Source: an uncultured Pseudomonadales bacterium
GTDB lineage: Bacteria > Pseudomonadota > Gammaproteobacteria > Pseudomonadales > Azotimanducaceae
Direction: 5' to 3'
Assembly: GCA_937775265.1 (NCBI GenBank)
Contig: CALKBV010000002.1
Coordinates: 118,538-182,537 of the forward strand
Length of the DNA: 64,000 bases
Shown: piece by piece, positions 33,412 to 42,642 of the stretch
How positions within the stretch are numbered: position 1 is the stretch's first letter
How the letters are laid out: each line of letters opens with the position of its first letter
The notes under the pieces: generated by a model
Databases searched by the model: none
Seen by the model: the letters and a program-made list of their open reading frames with translations, nothing else
Told to the model about the DNA's origin: nothing
Translations under genes and position numbers: made by a program

Positions 33412-33786
33412 CTAAAAGACGCTTTCCGTCCCATTGGACTCAAGCGAATAACACCTTTCATCACAGCCACCAATAACAGGGGTGGCTGTGATGGTATACG
33501 TTTGCCCCAGAGGTATCGGCGTCACCGCTAAAGTGTATTGCCTGGAAGCCTGTGCACCGCTGGCGGGCGACCAGAGCGTACACTCCGCTTCGCCTCCCTC
33601 GTAGGTGAACCCATTACCATAGAAACGCTCAAGCGCCATCCCACAGGCTTTCACGTCTGCCTGTGCCTGCCCATGAAAAGTATCTTCGATGTAACCCTGA
33701 TAACTGGGATAGGCTATCGAACTAATCACCCCAATAATTGCCAGCACAATCATTAACTCAACCAGCGAAAACCCTTTCGTCTTCAT
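33412..33786 (-). CDS. pilE: Type IV pilin PilE-like
   Basis: It starts MKTKGFSLVELMIVLAIIGVISSIAYPSYQ. It is 124 aa long and has a C-terminal Cys pair. Confidence 0.75.
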   Translation of the reverse strand: MKTKGFSLVELMIVLAIIGVISSIAYPSYQGYIEDTFHGQAQADVKACGMALERFYGNGFTYEGGEAECTLWSPASGAQASRQYTLAVTPIPLGQTYTITATPVIGGCDERCYSLESNGTESVF

Positions 33787-33841
33787 AACACCGCCCCAAT
33801 GCGATTATTTGCATTACGCGTATTTAAATTCACCCGTTCAA

Positions 33842-34306
33842 TTACATCCGCAGGATCTCAGCAGAGATCTGCTCGACCTGTTTGACCTGGACGCTAAACA
33901 AAAGGTCCTGACCCGCGAGTGGGTGATTAAAGTCCACCTCAACCAACTCTTCGAACAACCGATTGACTACCCCGGGACGCTCGCCGCCTTCACCATCGGA
34001 AAAAGAAACGACCAAGCCCTCTACCAGCTCTTGTGACACATCAAAAAGCGCCTTTTTCATCATATGAACGTTTTCTTCGTTGGGCATTCCGAAGCCCTGC
34101 TCCGCAGCAATGGGCAGTTCCCCTGAATCGCCAGCTTTCATGCCGTACATTGCAGCCTCAAAACCTGGCAGCAGACTGCCATCACCCACTTCAAAGGTCG
34201 CTGATTCATCACCGGTAGAATCAATGATATCGCCTGAGGCAAGCGCGAGCTTGAAGATCAAGGTTACCCTGGTTCCAGGCCCAATCGGGACATTATTCAT
34301 TTGCAT
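33842..34306 (-). CDS. fkpB: FKBP-type peptidyl-prolyl isomerase (SlpA/FkpB type)
   Basis: It has an FKBP core with an IF-domain insert (FEVGDGSLLPGFEAAMYGMKAGD). It is downstream of lspA, as in E. coli and Pseudomonas. Confidence 0.85.
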   Translation of the reverse strand: MQMNNVPIGPGTRVTLIFKLALASGDIIDSTGDESATFEVGDGSLLPGFEAAMYGMKAGDSGELPIAAEQGFGMPNEENVHMMKKALFDVSQELVEGLVVSFSDGEGGERPGVVNRLFEELVEVDFNHPLAGQDLLFSVQVKQVEQISAEILRM

Positions 34307-34790
34307 GCCCCCGTTTACCTTGCCTTAACATATCAATAATCAACAATCCTGCACCTATACTTATGGCCGTATCTGCAATATTAAAGGCTGGAAAATAATA
34401 AGCCTCGTAATGAAAAACCAGAAAATCGACCACATAGCCCTGAAGCGCCCTGTCAACAAGGTTACCCAAAGCACCGCCCAAAATAAACGCCAGCGCGTGT
34501 GCCAGCAATCGCTGTTCCCTGTAAATACGATATAGCCATCCACCAATAAACAGGCTTACCACCAGAGAGACGGTCACCAGGAAGCCTTTTTGCCAGCCAC
34601 CCGCATCGGCCAGGAAACTGAACGCTGCACCGGTGTTGTGCAAAACGGTGAGTTTAAAAACCGGCAGAACCTCAATCGACTGGCAATAACCAGGGACACA
34701 CAATGGCAGAAGCCCAGCCATATAGTTTTTAGTCACCTGATCGACAACCAGAAATACCGTACTAATAGAAAAATAGTACCACACCGTCAT
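34293..34790 (-). CDS. lspA: Lipoprotein signal peptidase II
   Basis: The 165-aa ORF has 4 TM segments and NTGAAFSF and FNIADTAISIG motifs. Confidence 0.92.
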   Translation of the reverse strand: MTVWYYFSISTVFLVVDQVTKNYMAGLLPLCVPGYCQSIEVLPVFKLTVLHNTGAAFSFLADAGGWQKGFLVTVSLVVSLFIGGWLYRIYREQRLLAHALAFILGGALGNLVDRALQGYVVDFLVFHYEAYYFPAFNIADTAISIGAGLLIIDMLRQGKRGHANE

Positions 34791-35716
34791 GCGCCTCTGA
34801 AGAAGACCTTAGCGTCTTCAATATCGTTCATAATGGCTGCTTTTAATGCTTCTATTCCTGAGAATTTCTTTTCGTCCCGGATCTTCCGCCGGAAGACTAC
34901 CTTTGCTGTCTTACCATAGATATCATCAGAAAAATCGAACAGGTGCACCTCCAGAATAGGTTTTAAGGTGTGGTCATCAATGGTCGGGCGAACGCCCACA
35001 TTCGCGACCCCGGGAAAGGCCTGACCATCAAACAACATTTCAACCGCAAAAACTCCGGTGATCGGCGCAACATAACGGTTTAGCTGAATATTCGCGGTAG
35101 GAACACCCAGCGTTCTTCCTATCTGGCGTCCATAAATGACTTTGCCGGAGATAGAGTAAGCATAACCGAGCAGGCTCTCCGCCAGTTCAAAATCACCCTG
35201 GGCAAGGCTTTCCCTGATGCGGGTACTGCTGACGCGTTCATTATCATGGGAGATCGTATACATATTAATGACGTCAAAATGATGGGACTTCCCAGCATCC
35301 TGCAGATATTTAAAGTCGCCACTTCGATCAAACCCAAAATGAAAATCGTCACCCACAAAGAGCGCTGAAATACCGATTTCCTCAACCAGTATTCTGACAA
35401 ACTCCACAGCGCTCATGGTCCTGGCTTTCTCATCAAACTTAACGCAATAAACGTAGTCAATACCCTGGTCAGAGAGCAGGTCGACCTTCTCTCGAAACCG
35501 GGTCAACCGCGCCGGGGCATCGTATAAATCAAAAAACTCTTTTGGCTGGGGCTCAAAACAAATCAACATGGCAGGCATATTCAGTTTGTCCGCCCTGGTC
35601 CTGACTTCTTTCAATATCGACTGGTGCCCTTTGTGAACGCCATCGAAGTTACCTATCGTGACAATTGCGCCACGATGTTTTTCCCTGACGTTGAGTAGTC
35701 CTCGAATAACTTCCAT
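34787..35716 (-). CDS. ribF: Bifunctional riboflavin kinase / FMN adenylyltransferase
   Basis: The GNFDGVHKGHQ motif is present. The start is set at MEVIRGLL (35716), whose ATG shares one nt with the murJ TAA. The longer track ORF runs into murJ. Confidence 0.9.
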   Translation of the reverse strand: MEVIRGLLNVREKHRGAIVTIGNFDGVHKGHQSILKEVRTRADKLNMPAMLICFEPQPKEFFDLYDAPARLTRFREKVDLLSDQGIDYVYCVKFDEKARTMSAVEFVRILVEEIGISALFVGDDFHFGFDRSGDFKYLQDAGKSHHFDVINMYTISHDNERVSSTRIRESLAQGDFELAESLLGYAYSISGKVIYGRQIGRTLGVPTANIQLNRYVAPITGVFAVEMLFDGQAFPGVANVGVRPTIDDHTLKPILEVHLFDFSDDIYGKTAKVVFRRKIRDEKKFSGIEALKAAIMNDIEDAKVFFRGA

Positions 35717-37275
35717 TAGCGAACCAACTGTTGGTACTTGAATCCAGTACAGAGCAATACAGCCGCATAACTTACAGCACCAGCGAAGCAGATTAAAACG
35801 ATAGTGACCATTCTGGAGACAAAACCTTCGCTGATCCAGTAGGCCATGTCTGGAAGAATGAGGTAGAGCACCAGCAGCATGACAAGGCTGGAGATCGAAA
35901 CCTGCAAAAGAAATGACTTCCATCCCGCAGAAAAACGAAGCACATCAGCCCTGAGAAGCCCGAACAGCAGCAAACCAGCATTAAGAAAGGCGGAAATACT
36001 TGTCGCCATAGCAAGACCAACATGCTTGAACTGCCAGACCAGAGCAAAGTTCAGCACTATGTTAGCCACCAGGGCGAATATCCCATACCTGACCGGTGTA
36101 CGTGTGTCTTGCCTTGCGAAATATCCGGGCGCCAGCACCTTCACCATCATGTGTCCGAGAAGCCCAACCCCATAGGCAGCAAGGCTGTAACTTGACATGG
36201 CAACATCACGGACCGTCAGTTCTCCCTGGTAGAACAGGGCTGCAATCAGTGGCTCTGCCAGATAGACGAGCGCCACTGTCGCCGGGACTCCAAAAAGTAG
36301 CACCAGCCTGAGCGCCCAGTTCAGTGTGCCGGAAAAGGCTTCAACTGACTGAGTGGCATGTTCACGAGACAGGCCCGGCAGGATCACTGTAGCAACAGTG
36401 ATGCCGAATAACGCCAGTGGCAACTCCAGCAAGCGATCTGAGTAGTAAAGCCATGACAGACTGCCCGTTTCTAAAAAAGATGCCAGCAATGTATCCACCA
36501 GCAAATTGATCTGGCTAACGGATGCCCCAAACACGGCCGGTAGCATCAGCCAACCAATTCTTTTTACGCCAGGGTCTTTAAAATCAACTGATGGTAACGG
36601 CAACAGGTTTTCTCTGGCCAGGAAAGGGAGCTGGAAGGTCAGTTGAGCAACACCCGCAACCAAAACTCCCCATGCCAGAGCCATCACGGGAACGCCAAGG
36701 TAGGGTCTTAAAAGAACAGCACTGACAATCAGGGAAATGTTTAGCAGTACCGGGGTAAATGACGGTACAGCAAACTTGTCGTAGGTGTTCAGCACGGCAC
36801 CTGACAGCGCGGTCATCGAGATCAAGAACAAGTAAGGGAACGTGAGGCGCAACATATCGACCGCCAGGTCAAACTTGCCTGTGTCCCCGTGGTAGACAAA
36901 GCCGGGTGCAAACAGACCAATAACTGCCGCCGCACCAAGAACCCCGGCAAGCGTCAGAAGCACCAGGATTGCTCCCAGAGAACCCGCTGACTTGCCTATC
37001 AAGGCTCTGACTTCTTCGTGGGTCCGGTTTTCCTTATAGTCGGTCAGTACGGGGACAAAGGCCTGTGCAAAGGCACCCTCGGCAAACAGCCGACGGAAAA
37101 AATTGGGTATCCTGAACGCCAGGAAGAACGCATCAGCACCTGCCGCTGCGCCAAAGAAATAGGCAACGACCATGTCCCTCGCCAATCCGAAGATCCTCGA
37201 GAGCATTGTCATCAGGGAAACGACGAAGCTGGACCGGAGAAGCTTGCCTGACAATGAGTTGTTGGGTTGTTCCAT
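35716..37275 (-). CDS. murJ: Lipid II flippase MurJ (MviN)
   Basis: The 519-aa ORF has 14 TM segments and a typical N-terminus (SLMTMLSRIFGLARDMVVAYFFGA). Confidence 0.92.
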   Translation of the reverse strand: MEQPNNSLSGKLLRSSFVVSLMTMLSRIFGLARDMVVAYFFGAAAGADAFFLAFRIPNFFRRLFAEGAFAQAFVPVLTDYKENRTHEEVRALIGKSAGSLGAILVLLTLAGVLGAAAVIGLFAPGFVYHGDTGKFDLAVDMLRLTFPYLFLISMTALSGAVLNTYDKFAVPSFTPVLLNISLIVSAVLLRPYLGVPVMALAWGVLVAGVAQLTFQLPFLARENLLPLPSVDFKDPGVKRIGWLMLPAVFGASVSQINLLVDTLLASFLETGSLSWLYYSDRLLELPLALFGITVATVILPGLSREHATQSVEAFSGTLNWALRLVLLFGVPATVALVYLAEPLIAALFYQGELTVRDVAMSSYSLAAYGVGLLGHMMVKVLAPGYFARQDTRTPVRYGIFALVANIVLNFALVWQFKHVGLAMATSISAFLNAGLLLFGLLRADVLRFSAGWKSFLLQVSISSLVMLLVLYLILPDMAYWISEGFVSRMVTIVLICFAGAVSYAAVLLCTGFKYQQLVR

Positions 37276-37341
37276 TGTTAATTTACTGCCTTTGAGGCTA
37301 GATCATCTCACAGCACTGTACAAAACAGCGCGGAAAACCGT

Positions 37342-37370
37342 TTGACAATTCTGAGGTAAATCGCCATAGT
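37342..37370 (+). promoter_or_regulatory. Candidate sigma70 promoter of rpsT
   Basis: It reads TTGACA-N17-CATAGT followed by the GC-rich discriminator CCGCGCC. Confidence 0.45.
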
Positions 37371-37406
37371 CCGCGCCTACTTTTTTCCAGACCAGGTAAC
37401 TACCTA

Positions 37407-37673
37407 GTGGCAAACTCAGCTCAATCCAAGAAACGAGCACGACAAAATGAATCCCGTCGCAGACATAACACGAGTCAGCGATCTACATTTCGAACAGCAA
37501 TCAAGAAAACCCTTGCTGCTGTCGACGCCGGAGACTATGAATCTGCAAATGCGGCCTACATTAGTGCCGTACCTGTGATTGACCGAGCTGTTACACATGG
37601 AATTATCCAAAAAAACAAAGCGGCTCGTCATAAATCTCGCCTCAATGCCCGGGTGAAAGCGCTTAAAGCTTAA
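37407..37673 (+). CDS. rpsT: 30S ribosomal protein S20
   Basis: [26 protein letters not shown]... is the canonical S20 sequence. It has a GTG start. Confidence 0.95.
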   Translation: MANSAQSKKRARQNESRRRHNTSQRSTFRTAIKKTLAAVDAGDYESANAAYISAVPVIDRAVTHGIIQKNKAARHKSRLNARVKALKA

Positions 37674-37678
37674 CTCGC

Positions 37679-39948
<2,270 letters not shown>

Positions 39949-39971
39949 TCACTGTTGCCAAAAAATGGTGC

Positions 39972-39999
39972 AAAAAAAAGCCCTGTCACTGACAGGGCC
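39972..39999 (-). terminator. Rho-independent terminator/attenuator between rpmA and obgE
   Basis: On the minus strand the hairpin GCCCTGTCAGTGACAGGGC is followed by TTTTTTTT. Confidence 0.65.
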
Positions 40000-40020
40000 T
40001 TTATACACCTTCTTTAAGGC

Positions 40021-40296
40021 TTATACCCCAGCGATGGCTGCCGGCGCCACGACATTCACGTATTTGCGCTGCTTTGGCCCTTTAACGCTGAATTCGACCA
40101 CACCGGCTGACTTGGCGAACAAAGTATGATCACGGCCGCAGCCGACGTTTTTCCCAGGGTGAAACTTTGTGCCGCGTTGCCTGACAATAATATTGCCTGC
40201 AATCACTTCTTGACCGCCATAGATTTTAACGCCCAATCGTTTCGATTCAGAATCGCGCCCATTTCGAGTACTACCACCCGCTTTCTTATGCGCCAT
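40021..40296 (-). CDS. rpmA: 50S ribosomal protein L27
   Basis: It starts [24 protein letters not shown]. Confidence 0.95.
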   Translation of the reverse strand: MAHKKAGGSTRNGRDSESKRLGVKIYGGQEVIAGNIIVRQRGTKFHPGKNVGCGRDHTLFAKSAGVVEFSVKGPKQRKYVNVVAPAAIAGV

Positions 40297-40298
40297 CT

Positions 40299-40616
40299 CT
40301 AGTTACCTCCACTAATTTCTTTGATCTTCACTTCAGTGAAGGACTGACGATGCCCCGCCTGCCTTCGATAGTGCTTCCGGCGACGCATCTTGATGATCGT
40401 GATCTTATCTCCGCGACCATGGCTGACTACTTCTGCAGTGACCGCACCACCATCAACAAAGGGAGTGCCGATCTGGATGTTTTCACCCTCTCCAATCATC
40501 ATTACTTTATCAAAGTTGACTGTTTCACCTTCGGAGGCGTCTAATTTTTCAAGCCGCAAAACCTCACCCGGCTCAACCCGATGTTGTTTACCGCCACTTT
40601 CTATTACAGCGTACAT
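40299..40616 (-). CDS. rplU: 50S ribosomal protein L21
   Basis: [14 protein letters not shown] is the canonical start. The upstream 36 codons of the track ORF are rejected. Confidence 0.93.
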   Translation of the reverse strand: MYAVIESGGKQHRVEPGEVLRLEKLDASEGETVNFDKVMMIGEGENIQIGTPFVDGGAVTAEVVSHGRGDKITIIKMRRRKHYRRQAGHRQSFTEVKIKEISGGN

Positions 40617-40695
40617 GCTAAGAATCTCATTCAGTTGCCCGCAAATAGCGGTATATTGGGTCGTGACTGGAATCCGGTCACTTTCAGGACGCGCA

Positions 40696-40724
40696 ATTCT
40701 ATTCGATGACCTTGCCAGGAGCAA
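40696..40724 (-). promoter_or_regulatory. Candidate sigma70 promoter of rplU-rpmA
   Basis: The minus strand reads TTGCTC-N17-TAGAAT followed by the discriminator TGCGCGTCC. Confidence 0.4.
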
Positions 40725-40745
40725 GCAACATTTGGCGATTTCACC

Positions 40746-40774
40746 TTGACACCCGAATTGACCCCCCCTAGGAT
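40746..40774 (+). promoter_or_regulatory. Candidate sigma70 promoter of ispB
   Basis: It reads TTGACA-N17-TAGGAT. The -10 overlaps a perfect 12-bp palindrome, GGATTCGAATCC (40771-40782). Confidence 0.4.
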
Positions 40775-40813
40775 TCGAATCCTCTCAAATGGCCCGCGAA
40801 ATCCGCAATTTAC

Positions 40814-41779
40814 ATGACCTATCCTTTCCTATCAGTCGTCAAACAAGATTTCCAGGCGGTTGACGACCTCATTAGGGCGAATCTGAACTCAGAAGTGCCG
40901 ATGGTCGAGGAAATCGCCGCCTACTTGGTAGAGGCAGGGGGAAAACGCCTTCGGCCTCTACTCGTGCTACTTTGCGCCAAAGCCTGTGGATACCACGGAA
41001 GCGATCACGTAAAACTGGCCGCGGTGATCGAATTCCTGCACACCGCGATGTTATTGCATGATGATGTCGTCGATGAATCGGACCTACGACGTGGCAGGGA
41101 AACGGTAAACGCCGCCTGGGGCAATGCTCCCAGCGTGCTGGTAGGAGATTTCCTGCACTCAAGAGCATTCGAAATGATGGTCGACATTGGGAATATCCGG
41201 GTAATGGAAATTCTCTCAAAGGCAACAAACGTCATCGCCGAGGGTGAAGTTCAGCAACTTAGCTTTATCCGCAATCCCGCGACCACTGAAGTCGAGTATA
41301 TGGAGATTATATCCCGGAAGACCGCCATGTTATTTCAGGCAGCTGCGCATGCCGGTGCCGTATTAGCGGGTGCCAATGAAAAAACGGAACACGCCCTGCG
41401 TGACTATGGCCTGCACCTTGGGATCGCCTTTCAAATGGTTGATGATCAATTAGACTACCTGGGCACACCAGAAGAACTGGGCAAGAATATCGGCGATGAC
41501 CTCGCCGAAGGCAAAGTGACACTACCGTTAATCGTTGCTATGAGAAACGGGCAACCCGACCAAAAGGCATTTGTTGAAGATGCGATCAGGAGCGGTGGTG
41601 TTGAAAACCTTCCTGAAATGATTCGGCTGGTGAAGGCAACAGACGCATTGAAATACACCTCTGAGCAGGCAAACACTGAACGCTGTCAGGCTATGGCGTG
41701 TCTCAATAATGTCGCTGATTCTGAATTTAAAGATTCCATGAGCACATTAGTTAACTTTGTTGTTGATAGGCATCATTAG
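40814..41779 (+). CDS. ispB: Octaprenyl diphosphate synthase
   Basis: It has two Asp-rich motifs (LLHDDVVDESDLRRG and FQMVDDQLDY). It is divergent from rplU, as in many gammaproteobacteria. Confidence 0.92.
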   Translation: MTYPFLSVVKQDFQAVDDLIRANLNSEVPMVEEIAAYLVEAGGKRLRPLLVLLCAKACGYHGSDHVKLAAVIEFLHTAMLLHDDVVDESDLRRGRETVNAAWGNAPSVLVGDFLHSRAFEMMVDIGNIRVMEILSKATNVIAEGEVQQLSFIRNPATTEVEYMEIISRKTAMLFQAAAHAGAVLAGANEKTEHALRDYGLHLGIAFQMVDDQLDYLGTPEELGKNIGDDLAEGKVTLPLIVAMRNGQPDQKAFVEDAIRSGGVENLPEMIRLVKATDALKYTSEQANTERCQAMACLNNVADSEFKDSMSTLVNFVVDRHH

Positions 41780-41942
41780 CAATTAAATGTCGTTGATGTG
41801 TGAGGGACGGGCTCTCGGTGCAGCGTTATAGCTGTTGGCTCTGAGTTAGATCACATTCCGTTACCTTAGTGCACATTGGCATCAACCCCCGCTTACAAGG
41901 CACCCCTAAAATCTCCTCCCATAGGGTAAACGGGCAAACAAC

Positions 41943-42203
41943 ATCTACAAGACTATCCTGGCTTTCTTACTCATCGCACTGACCACAGGTTGTTGTACTT
42001 ATCGCGGCACACAATCTACTGCTGAAATGGAATTCTGCTGGGAAAGAGGCAGGAACTTCCAATGGATTGAAGCGTTTGACGCGGGTTGTGTTGATCCGAC
42101 TGCCCAATCTTCAGCAATGCGAATTTCTAAAATCAGGTGGTTAGAAAAGAACCTGGGCACATTGGCTGGGCAGGCTTCACATAAAAGCACAAGAAGCATA
42201 TAA
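41943..42203 (+). CDS. Possible small lipoprotein lacking a canonical start codon
   Basis: An open frame runs 41925-42203 and encodes ...IYKTILAFLLIALTTGCCTYRG... with a lipobox (LTTGC). No ATG, GTG or TTG lies upstream of the signal peptide. The track ORF on the opposite strand (41999-42259) looks like its shadow. Confidence 0.3.
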   Translation: MYKTILAFLLIALTTGCCTYRGTQSTAEMEFCWERGRNFQWIEAFDAGCVDPTAQSSAMRISKIRWLEKNLGTLAGQASHKSTRSI

Positions 42204-42276
42204 GACCCGCAAAGTGACGAGCGATTCGCATCAGAACTTAGTCGAAGTTCGCAGGTCATCTGGCCATTAAGAGTGG

Positions 42277-42513
42277 ATGACCAGAGGAGAACTCGACGCG
42301 TTGAATAAACAGCGTGCCCTTAAGCGAGAAAAATTAAAAAGTCTGATCGAGCAATCAACGTCAAAAAAATGCCAAATGGCCAGCGATTTCGCTTTGGCTC
42401 AATGCGCTCTTGCTGATCCCTTTATTCATGATTCTGCTTTTTTCGCCGATAGATCTAAGCTTCTGAGTCAAGCGCAATATTTGCTATTTACGATTGAACG
42501 ATTGAACGATTGA
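42277..42513 (+). CDS. Hypothetical protein (78 aa)
   Basis: Support is the ORF only. The N-terminus is charged and helical. The 3' end is built from an 8-bp tandem repeat. Confidence 0.35.
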   Translation: MTRGELDALNKQRALKREKLKSLIEQSTSKKCQMASDFALAQCALADPFIHDSAFFADRSKLLSQAQYLLFTIERLND

Positions 42514-42517
42514 ACGA
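42491..42517. repeat. Tandem 8-bp repeat (cgattgaa) x3.4
   Basis: Direct reading shows cgattgaa at 42491, 42499 and 42507, plus a partial cga. Confidence 0.9.
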
Positions 42518-42642
42518 AATCTTCAGCTAAGGTGATTTTGGTGATGTCTACACCGCGCCTGAGTTACAGTGCCTCGAGCACCGCTGGCACTAAACCAAAA
42601 ACACGCGTATCTTCTAGGTATCGACAATCAGGGGAAAACGAC

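Noticed and set aside
35717-35923. N-terminal 69-codon extension of the ribF track ORF
   Set aside because: It runs inside the murJ coding sequence. The canonical RibF N-terminus begins at MEVIRGLL (35716).
40617-40724. N-terminal extension of the rplU track ORF
   Set aside because: L21 canonically starts at [11 protein letters not shown]. The extension covers the predicted promoter.
40771-40782. GGATTCGAATCC, a tRNA T-loop-like sequence
   Set aside because: It is an isolated 12-bp palindrome in the ispB promoter region, with no surrounding tRNA structure.
42532-42642. Upstream 37 codons of the PQQ-ADH track ORF
   Set aside because: The signal peptide starts at M38 (42643). The extension has no SD and is Ser/Thr/Arg-rich.
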